This document shows positions 1-9,182 of a DNA stretch of 32,969 nt, piece after piece (the stretch's first letter is position 1; each line of letters begins with the position of its first letter). The stretch lies in IMG/VR virus record IMGVR_UViG_3300042527_000210, positions 1 through 32,969 of that record, one strand, 5' to 3'. The notes beneath the pieces are model-generated. The model saw only the letters and a list, made by a program, of their open reading frames with translations, made no database searches and was not told the origin of the DNA. Both the position numbers and the translations under genes were made by a program. Source of the stretch: a virus. Taxonomy: Duplodnaviria > Caudoviricetes.

Positions 1-161
1 GTTGTATGATATATCTTAATAAAGGGCAAACGAATACTATTATATTCACACTCAAGGAAAAGCAGACATTAGCTTCTCCTAATTATTTATTTGTATTTAC
101 GCATAGGGGTAGCAATATCGTGCGTAGCTTTGTTTTATTACAAGCGGCAAATATCTCGGCT
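1..161. repeat. Terminal direct repeat, left copy (circular closure of the contig)
   Basis: 1-161 matches 32809-32969 except C128 vs T32936 (AGC/AGT, synonymous Ser in the first ORF). Confidence 0.97.
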
Positions 162-383
162 CACAAAGAGCGATACGATGAATTTTCCGTAACTACGAAT
201 ACTTATTTCCAAGGCTATGATTCTGGGGAATGGGAGTATGCTATTTATGAGCAAACCTCTACAACGAATACAAACCCAGCCAATGCGACTACGTTATTGG
301 AGACGGGCATAATGAGATTAAATGAGGCTACTTCCTTTAACTACACTACGTATCAACCAAATAACACATTTATAGTACGATGA
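6..383 (+). CDS. Hypothetical virion/morphogenesis protein (125 aa)
   Basis: Clean ORF between tail tube and portal across the join; ATGA overlap with portal; preceded by CTATTTA-N5-ATG at 32802. Confidence 0.7.
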   Translation: MIYLNKGQTNTIIFTLKEKQTLASPNYLFVFTHRGSNIVRSFVLLQAANISAHKERYDEFSVTTNTYFQGYDSGEWEYAIYEQTSTTNTNPANATTLLETGIMRLNEATSFNYTTYQPNNTFIVR

Positions 384-2362
384 TGGATAATATTATCATA
401 TTGAACTTTGCAGAGGCAAAGCAGCCTGAGTATAGAGAAAAGAAAGGGCAAGGGTATATCGAATTTGGCGAAAAGAACGATTACCCTAATTACCTTTTGG
501 ATTTATACAATAAAAGTGCGAAGCACAATGCTATTGTACGCGGTAAGGTAAACTACATTACTGGCAATGGTTGGGCATCTAAAGAAGATGATGCTACGGC
601 TGAAACCTTTATTAACAGACCTAATCCGTATGAGAATCTAAACGATTTAACTCGTAAGGTATCTATTGATATTGAGGTTTTCGGTGGTGCGTACTTAGAG
701 ATTATCTGGTCACAAATTGGCGGTAAGATTGCAAGTATTTCTCATATAGATTATACCAAACTGCGTTCTACAAAAGACAATACGCAATTTTTCTATAAAA
801 GTAATTGGCAAGATAGAAAAGAGGAAATCGAAGTAATTCCTGCTTACAATACAGGGAATAAAGTAGGCAAGCAGATTCTTTATGTTAAGGAATATCGCCC
901 CGGATTAGATACATATGCTTTGCCTTCTTACATTGGTGCGTTGAATTATATTGAAAGTGATGTAGAGGTTTCTCGCCACGTTTTAGGTAATGCACAAACA
1001 GGGTTTTCTGCAAGTAAACTTATTACCCTTCCAAATGGCGAGCCTTCGCCCGATGAGAAAAGAAATATCGAAAGAAGATTTACCGATAGGTTTTCGGGTA
1101 GTGATGGAAAGAAGTTTATACTTTCTTTTGTTAGTGATATAGCTAAAAAGCCAGCCGTTGAGGATTTAGGTGCTTCAGATTTGACTAAAGAAGATTTCAA
1201 TCAAGTGGATGGTATGATTCAGCAAAACATTTTTGCGGGTCATCAGATTACCACTCCTTCTTTGTTTGGTATTTTGGTTGAAGGTTCTTTGGGTACTCGT
1301 AGTGAGATTCGTGATGGCTACGAAGTGTTCAAGAATACATATGTAAACGACAAGCAACAATTCTTAGAAAGTTTGTTTAACAAGTTAGCTAAGATTAATG
1401 GTGTTAGTTCGGATTTGTATATCAAGCCTGTTGAACCAATAGGATTCGAGTTTAGCGAGGCGGTGATTGCTGCTAACGCACCGAAAGAGTGGATTCTTGA
1501 AAAGATTGGCATTGACCCTACGCAATATACAAATGTTACTACACCAGAGCCTACGCAAGCAATGGTAAACGAGCATCTGAAAGGTATGAAGGGTAGGGAA
1601 TGGCAGAACTTTCAAAGGATTATTCGCGAGTTTAATAAAGGAAAAATCACAAGAGAGCAAGCTATATCAATGTTAAAGCAAGGGTATGGATTGGATGATG
1701 ATGCCGTTAATACTTGGCTTGGCGATGATTCTTATGAGCAACGATTCGATGATATAGATAGTACGTTGAATGTGTTTGCTCAATTTGGCGAAGATTCCGA
1801 TAGCTATAAGGTAGTGTCGCGTAGAAAGGTGTTTGTAGGCGATTTAGAGGCGCAAGAATTGGCTTTTAGAGATGAAGTGGTGGATGATACCTTAGATAAG
1901 AAAATCCTTGATACAATCGCTAAAAACAAACGTATTCCACCAGCCGATATTGCCAAGGCTTTAGAGGTTGAAGAAGCCGATGTTTTGAATAGAATAAATA
2001 AATTGGTTGCGCTTGATATTTTGAGTTACGATGCGGAAACAAAGGTCAGCAAGTTATTGAAGCCTTTGAATAAAGTTATTGATGAGCCTGTAAAGACAAC
2101 CTTTTTAGTTCGGTATGAATATTCGTGGGATTATTTGAGAACCGATGCTGAAGATAGAAACATTAAGACATCACGACCTTTTTGCCAAAAGCTAATGGGT
2201 ATGAATAAGGTTTATACTCGTGGCGAGATTGAGCAAATCTCTGCAAGATTAGGGTATGATGTTTTTGCTCGTGCTGGCGGTTGGTGGACAATCCCCGATA
2301 CTGGAATACACTCCCCTAAATGCAGGCACACTTGGAACGCAGTAGTAGTTATTAAAAAATAA
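380..2362 (+). CDS. Portal protein with C-terminal extension (HTH-like segment and MuF/minor-head-like Cys/His domain)
   Basis: First ~350 aa resemble portals (FGEKNDYP, DIEVFGGAYLEI, IFAGHQITTPSLFGI). C-terminus has RPFC...GG...CRHTW. Followed by head-tail joining genes. Confidence 0.85.
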   Translation: MMDNIIILNFAEAKQPEYREKKGQGYIEFGEKNDYPNYLLDLYNKSAKHNAIVRGKVNYITGNGWASKEDDATAETFINRPNPYENLNDLTRKVSIDIEVFGGAYLEIIWSQIGGKIASISHIDYTKLRSTKDNTQFFYKSNWQDRKEEIEVIPAYNTGNKVGKQILYVKEYRPGLDTYALPSYIGALNYIESDVEVSRHVLGNAQTGFSASKLITLPNGEPSPDEKRNIERRFTDRFSGSDGKKFILSFVSDIAKKPAVEDLGASDLTKEDFNQVDGMIQQNIFAGHQITTPSLFGILVEGSLGTRSEIRDGYEVFKNTYVNDKQQFLESLFNKLAKINGVSSDLYIKPVEPIGFEFSEAVIAANAPKEWILEKIGIDPTQYTNVTTPEPTQAMVNEHLKGMKGREWQNFQRIIREFNKGKITREQAISMLKQGYGLDDDAVNTWLGDDSYEQRFDDIDSTLNVFAQFGEDSDSYKVVSRRKVFVGDLEAQELAFRDEVVDDTLDKKILDTIAKNKRIPPADIAKALEVEEADVLNRINKLVALDILSYDAETKVSKLLKPLNKVIDEPVKTTFLVRYEYSWDYLRTDAEDRNIKTSRPFCQKLMGMNKVYTRGEIEQISARLGYDVFARAGGWWTIPDTGIHSPKCRHTWNAVVVIKK

Positions 2363-2365
2363 ACG

Positions 2366-2956
2366 ATGAGTAGAAATATATTATTTATCTCGGTTGATAC
2401 AATAAAAGATAGAACAGGATTGCACTTTAACACCGATGAAAAGTTAGTGAATCCAGAGATTTTAACGGCTCAAGATATGTATATCCTTCCCGCTTTGGGA
2501 ACGGCTTTATATGAAAGGTTGCAAGATGGGATTCAAAACAATAATCTAACGCAAACAGAAAGCAACCTATTAGATACATACATTACCCCTACGTTGGTTT
2601 ATTATGTGATGAGTGAACTTCCAATGGGGTTGAGTTATCAGTTTTACAACAAAGGATTGATTAGGAAATCAGGCGAAGGGCAAGAAAATCCAAGTGCTGC
2701 GGAATTGATTGATGTAGCCGATAGATATAAGACAAGAGCCGAGTTCTACAAACAAAGATTAGTAAAATATCTTTTAGATAGAAGTGGTTTTAATACGTTC
2801 CCAGAATACAATAATCCCGGTTCTACGTACGATACAATCGTTCCCGAAAGACAAGCCTATACTACTTCAATTTGGTTGGGCGATGATGATAATTGCAAGG
2901 GAATGTCTTTTGAAGAAAAATATCAAGGTAACATAAATCGTTGCTGTGGCGAATAA
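2366..2956 (+). CDS. Putative head-tail adaptor/connector
   Basis: 196 aa helical protein directly after portal (ILTAQDMYILPALGTALY); mostly positional inference. Confidence 0.6.
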   Translation: MSRNILFISVDTIKDRTGLHFNTDEKLVNPEILTAQDMYILPALGTALYERLQDGIQNNNLTQTESNLLDTYITPTLVYYVMSELPMGLSYQFYNKGLIRKSGEGQENPSAAELIDVADRYKTRAEFYKQRLVKYLLDRSGFNTFPEYNNPGSTYDTIVPERQAYTTSIWLGDDDNCKGMSFEEKYQGNINRCCGE

Positions 2957-3101
2957 GACCTATTCATTAAAAAATCAAAAGAAGCTAAAAATCTTCTTAC
3001 AAAAACAAGAGAATGACCTTAAACCAAATAGTAACCACGATAACAAATGTGGCGAACGCACACGAGCAGATAAAAAGTGTGTACTTCGGAGACCTAAGTG
3101 A
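2946..3101 (+). CDS. Possible small basic protein (51 aa, GTG start; not in ORF track)
   Basis: Translates MANKTYSLKNQKKLKIFLQKQEND...RRPK; fills the 56-nt gap but overlaps the next gene by about 90 nt. Confidence 0.3.
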   Translation: MANKTYSLKNQKKLKIFLQKQENDLKPNSNHDNKCGERTRADKKCVLRRPK

Positions 3102-3459
3102 TTACCTATCGAGAGGTACGGAAAATATCTATCCTTCGTTGTTTTTTGATTTAACAGGTGGAAACATACAAGAGAAAAGTGTTGTCTTGAATTTTTCGTT
3201 GTATTTCTTTGATAGAATGTTACCAGAAGATACCAACGAGACCGAGGTATTGAGCGACCAATTAGAAATCTGCCAAGACATTATTGCGCAGTTAAGGTAT
3301 AATAACTTTGAGTTTGATGAAGGCTTGAGTGCTACCTTGAATTTCTTTACCGAAGATACTCCCGATTTATTGGCAGGTGTTCGAGCCGATATTACAATAG
3401 ATTTACCCTATACGGCAAATAGATGTGTTGTGCCGACAACATTCCAATATCCCGCTTAA
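3013..3459 (+). CDS. Putative tail terminator / tail completion protein
   Basis: 148 aa acidic protein with YPSLFFD motif; size and position typical of tail terminators. Confidence 0.6.
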   Translation: MTLNQIVTTITNVANAHEQIKSVYFGDLSDYLSRGTENIYPSLFFDLTGGNIQEKSVVLNFSLYFFDRMLPEDTNETEVLSDQLEICQDIIAQLRYNNFEFDEGLSATLNFFTEDTPDLLAGVRADITIDLPYTANRCVVPTTFQYPA

Positions 3460-3461
3460 TT

Positions 3462-3468
3462 CTATATA
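3462..3468 (+). promoter_or_regulatory. Putative late promoter -10 element (CTATATA)
   Basis: In the short intergenic gap 13 nt before the fibre ATG; upstream GGTAAA-like element is poor here. Confidence 0.45.
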
Positions 3469-3481
3469 TTAAAAAGTTACA

Positions 3482-6400
3482 ATGGCTAATAAAAAGATAT
3501 CCGAACTTTCAACGCGAACCCCAAGTTTAAGTGATTTAATGTTAGTGGGAGACCCTTCATCGGGTTATTCCTATAAGTGTACTATTACTTCGTTAGCGAC
3601 TATCATTGAAACCGACATCGCGGATGGGTACGTAACTTTATCTACTACACAAACCATTAGCGGTGCAAAGACCTTTTCAAATAATCTTACCTTAACGAGT
3701 GTCTCAAATGCGGGTGTAGATACCGATAAATTCCTTGTTCTTAACGGAAGCAATGTTGTAAACTTTAGAACAGGAAGCGAAGTATTGAGCGATATTGGTG
3801 GGCAGGGTGCTTTAACTTTAACTACGACAGGCACAAGCGGTGCTGCAACTTTGGTCGGGAATACGTTAAATATTCCGCAATATCAAGCGGTTTTAACCAA
3901 TCCGGTGACGGGAACGGGTACTACGAATTATATACCAAAATTTACTGGAACAAGTGCAATAGGAAATTCCATAATGTATGAAGGTACATTTGCTATTGGT
4001 ATTGGAACTATTACACCTTTTGGTGGTTCGAGTAACTATACTGCTCTTGATTTAAGGGGTACGGTAGGTTCGATTATTGCACTTGGTAATACATCAAATA
4101 GCATTACGGGTAGGTTTTTAGAACTTTCCGCTACGAGTTCAAATGCGCAGATATTTTCATTGAATAGTGCGCCATTATCATTTGGAACGGAATCGCTTTC
4201 GAGGTTAAGTATAGATACTTCTGGTAACGTAACAATTTCTGTAATAGCAAATGCCACTACTGATACCGACAAGTTTTTAGTTTCTGATAGTGGAGTAATT
4301 AAATACAGAACGGGAGCAGAGGTTTTATCCGACATTGGTGGTCAAGCCGCTTTAACTAATCCTATAACAGGTACGGGAGTAAACAACCAAGCAGCTTTCT
4401 TTACTGGAACAAATACAATAGCGGGTTCAAGTGTATTGGTTCTTGATGGCTCAAACATAGCGATAGGTCAGGCTGCTGCGGCTCAAAAGTTGAGTGTAAA
4501 TGGTGATGTTAGCATAACAACAATTAATAATGCTACTACGGATACAGATAAGTTTTTAGTTTCCGATGGTGGGGTGATTAAGTACAGAACTGGCTCTGAG
4601 GTTTTATCCGACATTGGTGCGGCTGCTTCTACCTCTATCTCAGGCACTACCAACTATATACCTAAGTTTACAAGTTCATCTGCAATAGGGAACTCACAAA
4701 TCTTTGATAATGGTACAAATGTGGGAATTGGTACTACAATTCCGGGGAATAAATTAACTGTAAGTAATGGTTCAGATGTTGGATATTTAGACTTTAACAA
4801 CCAAAGTTTTATATTAGGTACATCTACTGGTTCGGGTATTAGTTTATTTTCAAGTAGTGCTACTGGTGTAATGACTTTTTCTACCAATTCTACTTTAAGA
4901 ATGACCCTTGACGCCTCTGGTAACTTGGGATTAGGAGTAACACCAAGTGCGTGGGAGAGTTCAACTGCATTACAATTGGGTAATCAATATGCCTTTACAA
5001 AATATGGAATGACGAGAAATGCGGTATATAATGCAGGTTATAAATATATAGCAAATGGGTTTGCTAATAGTTTTGAAATGAACGGAGGTGCTTATGAATG
5101 GTACACCGCACCATCTGGAACGGCAACAAATAATATTACTTTTACAAAAACAATGACCCTTGACGCATCAGGCAATCTTGGTTTAGGAGTAACTCCAAGT
5201 GCGTGGGGGGCATCTGAAGCTATGCAGTTTGGTTTTAATTACGCTTATGGCAGAAGAGGAATTACAAGAAACGCATATTTTGACGGTGCAGATTATAGGT
5301 ATATAACAACTGCTGCTGCTACATTATTTCAACAAGACGGTGGAGGTCAGTATATTTGGTATCAAGCCCCATCCGGCACTGCAGGTAATGCTATCTCCTT
5401 TACACAAGCTATGACCTTGGATGCTGACGGATTATTGAATGTTGGGGGAACTGGCGGCACAAAAAGATTAAATGTTTTTGGGGATAGTAGAATATTAAAT
5501 GTTGCACCGACATTAGATTTTACTTTATCAACCAATACCGCATTTTCCCATAGCATAGTCGCATCAAACTATTCATCAAGTCCTATAAGTTCAAATACAT
5601 TAGAATTTAGAGTTGCAAGTGGAGCAAGCACTCAAGCAACAGTAATGACCTTAAATGGGGCTGGCAATGTAGGTATAGGTACGACAAGTCCTGCTTATAA
5701 AATAACTACAAGTGGTGGTTCATCAGAAGGTGCTATTGGTATAGAAAGAACAACAGTTGGAACTAATACTGTTATTGGAGCATTAAACTTTACTAACAAT
5801 AATGCTGGAACTGTTTATGGTAGAGTTAGAGGGGGAAGAAATGCAGCGGGTGATGGTTATGTAAGTTTAGGAACAGGAGTTGGAGATAACTTATATGCAA
5901 TAGAAGGTGGCAATGTAGGTATAGGTACGACTTCCCCCAACGCACCACTTTCTTTATCAGGTTCTGCTGATGTAGGAATGAGAATAAAAGCAGGGGCAAG
6001 TGCATTAAGTTATATTGATTTTGATGAAGCAGATAGCGGAACACCAAATGGTTCAATAGCATACAATCATGGAACAAATGCTATGACATTTGCTACGGGT
6101 GGTAGTAATGACGAAAAGATGAGAATAACAAGTGGGGGCAATGTAGGTATAGGTACGACTTCCCCCGACGCACAATTAGTAACCAATGGTTCTACTTCAT
6201 CTCGTATAAATATGAGAGGTGGAGATGTTAGATATGGTACATTATATGCTGATAATGGTTTATTTGCGGTATCCTCTATTACTTCTATTCCTTTGGTATT
6301 TGCTACTAATGATATCGAAAAGATGAGAATAACAAGTGGGGGGAATGTATGGGTAGGTAATGATTCTAATCCAATGTTAGAAATAGCAAATAGTGGGAGT

Positions 6401-7066
6401 ACAGATGTATTAAGTGGCATTAAATGGTCTGTTGGCAGTACAAGGGTTGATTATGGAGGTATTTATAGTGCAACATCTTCAGCTAATAATAATTATATTT
6501 CTTTTTATACTAAAAACTCTGCATCAGCACCAAGCGAGCGAATAAGAATAACAAGTGGGGGAGAGCTATTAATTGATGCCACAACTAATTCAGCAACTTC
6601 TGATGTAGGTTCAAAATTTGTATCTAATGGAAGATTATATACAGTTTCTTCTTATGATGACAATACGCAAGAAAGTCTTTCTATGTATTCAACTACTGCA
6701 TCTGCCTATCGTTTTTATGTAGGTTGGGGTGGTACGGTTTATGCAACAAATACAACTATTAGTGCAATATCCGATGCAAGATTTAAGGAAAATGTAAGAG
6801 ATTTAGATAGTGCCTTGAATAAATTAATGTTATTAAAACCAAGAGTATTTGATTGGAAAGAAGGCAAAGGGAAGAACATTAAAAACGATAAAGGGTTTAT
6901 TGCACAAGAGTTTGAGCAGATTTTCCCCGAACTTGTTGATAAATGGAAAGAGCAAGCTCCACAAGGGGAAGAAGCCTATAAATCAATTAGACAAGATTTA
7001 ATACCTTATTTAGTTAAGGCAATACAAGAGTTAAAAGCAGAAATTGAAATACTTAAAAACAAATAA
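3482..7066 (+). CDS. Long tail fibre / receptor-binding protein with C-terminal intramolecular chaperone (peptidase S74-like)
   Basis: 1194 aa G/S/T/N-rich; repeated GNVGIGTTSP and DTDKFLV units; SDARFKENV autocleavage motif, GFIAQE and terminal coiled coil. Confidence 0.9.
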   Translation: MANKKISELSTRTPSLSDLMLVGDPSSGYSYKCTITSLATIIETDIADGYVTLSTTQTISGAKTFSNNLTLTSVSNAGVDTDKFLVLNGSNVVNFRTGSEVLSDIGGQGALTLTTTGTSGAATLVGNTLNIPQYQAVLTNPVTGTGTTNYIPKFTGTSAIGNSIMYEGTFAIGIGTITPFGGSSNYTALDLRGTVGSIIALGNTSNSITGRFLELSATSSNAQIFSLNSAPLSFGTESLSRLSIDTSGNVTISVIANATTDTDKFLVSDSGVIKYRTGAEVLSDIGGQAALTNPITGTGVNNQAAFFTGTNTIAGSSVLVLDGSNIAIGQAAAAQKLSVNGDVSITTINNATTDTDKFLVSDGGVIKYRTGSEVLSDIGAAASTSISGTTNYIPKFTSSSAIGNSQIFDNGTNVGIGTTIPGNKLTVSNGSDVGYLDFNNQSFILGTSTGSGISLFSSSATGVMTFSTNSTLRMTLDASGNLGLGVTPSAWESSTALQLGNQYAFTKYGMTRNAVYNAGYKYIANGFANSFEMNGGAYEWYTAPSGTATNNITFTKTMTLDASGNLGLGVTPSAWGASEAMQFGFNYAYGRRGITRNAYFDGADYRYITTAAATLFQQDGGGQYIWYQAPSGTAGNAISFTQAMTLDADGLLNVGGTGGTKRLNVFGDSRILNVAPTLDFTLSTNTAFSHSIVASNYSSSPISSNTLEFRVASGASTQATVMTLNGAGNVGIGTTSPAYKITTSGGSSEGAIGIERTTVGTNTVIGALNFTNNNAGTVYGRVRGGRNAAGDGYVSLGTGVGDNLYAIEGGNVGIGTTSPNAPLSLSGSADVGMRIKAGASALSYIDFDEADSGTPNGSIAYNHGTNAMTFATGGSNDEKMRITSGGNVGIGTTSPDAQLVTNGSTSSRINMRGGDVRYGTLYADNGLFAVSSITSIPLVFATNDIEKMRITSGGNVWVGNDSNPMLEIANSGSTDVLSGIKWSVGSTRVDYGGIYSATSSANNNYISFYTKNSASAPSERIRITSGGELLIDATTNSATSDVGSKFVSNGRLYTVSSYDDNTQESLSMYSTTASAYRFYVGWGGTVYATNTTISAISDARFKENVRDLDSALNKLMLLKPRVFDWKEGKGKNIKNDKGFIAQEFEQIFPELVDKWKEQAPQGEEAYKSIRQDLIPYLVKAIQELKAEIEILKNK

Positions 7067-7068
7067 CA

Positions 7069-7407
7069 ATGACTAATTACAACTGGGTTATCCCCCAATT
7101 AGACACCGCCCCTCAAGATGGGGAATTGCACGATGTAGTAAAGACAATCCATTGGAGGTATCAGGGAACCGAGGTGGTAGGAGATAAGACCTACTTTGCC
7201 GATGTGTATTCTTCCTTTGCTTGCGCTCAACCTTCGGAGACCGACTTTACCGCCTACCGCGATTTGACCGAGGAACAAGTTATTTCTTGGCTCGAAGATG
7301 GCTTGGATGTAACTTCGTTAAAAGCAAACATCGATTCGCAAATCGAAAACCAAAAGAATCCACCGATTGTGAATCTTGGCTTGCCTTGGGTAAATAATCA
7401 ACAATAA
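7069..7407 (+). CDS. Tail-fibre-associated protein (possible assembly chaperone)
   Basis: 112 aa acidic ORF directly after the fibre, ending LPW; positional inference. Confidence 0.55.
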   Translation: MTNYNWVIPQLDTAPQDGELHDVVKTIHWRYQGTEVVGDKTYFADVYSSFACAQPSETDFTAYRDLTEEQVISWLEDGLDVTSLKANIDSQIENQKNPPIVNLGLPWVNNQQ

Positions 7408-7415
7408 TCTATATA
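7389..7415 (+). promoter_or_regulatory. Putative late promoter (GGTAAA-N14-CTATATA)
   Basis: Matches the recurring bipartite motif; 13 nt before ATG 7429, ahead of the lysis genes. Confidence 0.6.
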
Positions 7416-7428
7416 AAATAAAAAACCT

Positions 7429-7839
7429 ATGAATCTGAAACTACACGAAGTAATCGCACTCTATTACGAACTGAACGGAGTAACAAGACAAGGGGAAAGC
7501 ACCGAGGTTCTTTCTCAAGGTATGTTAAAACAGAAAATGTCTTTGAAAACCAAGGTTTACTTGCAACGACTGAACAAAGTAGTAAGTGAAGAACTGAAAC
7601 TTTACGAAGAAGCCAAGAGTGAACTTTTCAAAAAGCATGGCGAAGAAAAGGAAGGCATGATTGAGATTCCTTCCGAAAAGGTTGCCGACTTCAACAAAGA
7701 ACATTTAGATTTGCTAACGGCTGAAAAAGAAATCAACGTAAGCGAACTTTGGGGTGCAGACCTCAAATTGGAACACCTTGAGAGTGTAGAAACGGATGAA
7801 TACTACCCTGCATTATTCAGTTTGATAGATTCGAAATGA
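7429..7839 (+). CDS. Hypothetical protein (136 aa)
   Basis: Clean ORF with A-rich leader; ATGA overlap with next gene. Confidence 0.75.
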   Translation: MNLKLHEVIALYYELNGVTRQGESTEVLSQGMLKQKMSLKTKVYLQRLNKVVSEELKLYEEAKSELFKKHGEEKEGMIEIPSEKVADFNKEHLDLLTAEKEINVSELWGADLKLEHLESVETDEYYPALFSLIDSK

Positions 7840-8054
7840 CGCAAGTAATGTTATTTATCGCTGGTCAAGCCATCATCATTATTGGTGGCTTGATTGGCAT
7901 TTATGTTAAGGTTTCTTTGAAACTTAAAGAATTAGAAATTAGAGTGAACGTAGTAGAAAAGCAAGATGACCAAATCTCAAGAAAATTGGATTTAATTACA
8001 CAACAATTAAACCAGCTTTCTATTCAATTGCAAAACAAACAAGACAGAGAATGA
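7836..8054 (+). CDS. Single-TM coiled-coil protein (holin/antiholin-like)
   Basis: N-terminal hydrophobic helix followed by heptad pattern; in lysis cluster. Confidence 0.55.
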   Translation: MTQVMLFIAGQAIIIIGGLIGIYVKVSLKLKELEIRVNVVEKQDDQISRKLDLITQQLNQLSIQLQNKQDRE

Positions 8055-8254
8055 AAATAGGATTAAAAGAATATTTTAAGCCTACTCCCAAAAGAATAAG
8101 AATCTTCGGGGATAGTTTAGCGGCTTCGGGTACGTTTGGTGCATCAGTAGTTATTTTGAATGGTCATCCGTTAGCGGGTACGATTATTATGGTTGTTGCG
8201 GTCGTGGGTAAGTTTATCTCAAACTTTTTCAGCGATGCGGATACTACTGCTTAG
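8051..8254 (+). CDS. Putative holin
   Basis: 67 aa, basic N-terminus and two hydrophobic segments, upstream of spanin and endolysin. Confidence 0.6.
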   Translation: MKIGLKEYFKPTPKRIRIFGDSLAASGTFGASVVILNGHPLAGTIIMVVAVVGKFISNFFSDADTTA

Positions 8255-8702
8255 TTTATTGTTTTTGTCTTGTAACCCTGTAAAGCAGGTTTTACGCGAT
8301 AAGCAAAAATTGGATGCCGTTGCCAAGGTTGTTATTTCTTCGGGGTATTGCGCCAACGATACCATCATCCAAACCCAAAGCGATACCCTAATCACTTACG
8401 ATACCTTTTATCAAAGGGGTGCGGATATTATCCGCGATGTTTTCCATACCGATACACTTAGGCTACCACTTACCAAAAAGATAGTAAAAACCATTAGGAT
8501 AAGAGATACTATCAATCAAGTAGTGGTTGATAATGCCCGTATAAAGCTATTAGAGGCGAAATTAGCCGTTCAAACCGAAAAGACAGAGGAATATAAGGCT
8601 AAAGCTAAAAGCCGCTTAAATTGGCTTATTTTGCTTTTACTGGTTATTTCTATTCGGCTACTCTATAAACCTATACTAAAAATAATAGCATGGCACTCTT
8701 AA
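8235..8702 (+). CDS. Putative unimolecular spanin (lipoprotein with C-terminal TM helix)
   Basis: From ATG 8235: signal MRILLLSLLFLS-C (lipobox) and C-terminal WLILLLLVISI helix. Start re-called from the track's 8193. Confidence 0.65.
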   Translation: MRILLLSLLFLSCNPVKQVLRDKQKLDAVAKVVISSGYCANDTIIQTQSDTLITYDTFYQRGADIIRDVFHTDTLRLPLTKKIVKTIRIRDTINQVVVDNARIKLLEAKLAVQTEKTEEYKAKAKSRLNWLILLLLVISIRLLYKPILKIIAWHS

Positions 8703-9160
8703 CCGATGCTCAAATAGTTAGCAAATACGGAACGGCTGGCAATCCCGATAACTTTACGATAATCGCTTTACCCTACCCGATGCGGATAGCTTGGGATGTA
8801 AAGGTTATGGTACAAAAGATGCAATGCCACGAACTGGCTGCCGATAATTTCACGAACGTATTTAATCAACTTTTGGCTCATTATGGGTTAACCGAACTGC
8901 AACGATTAGGCATTGACTTATTTGGTGGGTGTGTGAATGTAAGAACGATGCGAGGCTCTAAAACAAAATGGAGTAGACATGCTTTTGGTATAGCTATTGA
9001 TTTAGACCCAGCACGTAATGGGTTGAAGGTAAAAAAGCCTATTGCTCAATTTAGCAAGCCTGAGTACAAAGCGATGATTGATATTTTTTACGCGAATGAT
9101 TTTATTTCTTATGGAGTAGAAAAAGATTACGACTGGATGCACTTTGAGTTAGCAAAATAG
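8690..9160 (+). CDS. Endolysin, M15-family zinc peptidase
   Basis: SRHAFGIAIDL (SxHxxGxAxD) and DWMHFE zinc-binding motifs. Confidence 0.9.
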   Translation: MALLTDAQIVSKYGTAGNPDNFTIIALPYPMRIAWDVKVMVQKMQCHELAADNFTNVFNQLLAHYGLTELQRLGIDLFGGCVNVRTMRGSKTKWSRHAFGIAIDLDPARNGLKVKKPIAQFSKPEYKAMIDIFYANDFISYGVEKDYDWMHFELAK

Positions 9161-9182
9161 TCAACAATACCTACTTACATAT

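Noticed and set aside
1-161. Biological terminal repeat of the virion DNA
   Set aside because: Cannot be distinguished from assembly overlap of a circular or permuted genome without reads; it cuts through a gene.
241-247. CTATTTA copies inside coding regions (241, 10065, 18984)
   Set aside because: No GGTAAA-like upstream element and expected by chance in AT-rich DNA; not counted as promoters.
5663-6561. Spaced 23-30 nt direct repeats resembling a CRISPR array or DGR template/variable pair
   Set aside because: In-frame coding repeats with 200-250 nt spacing; no cas or reverse transcriptase gene; no adenine-specific mismatch pattern noticed.
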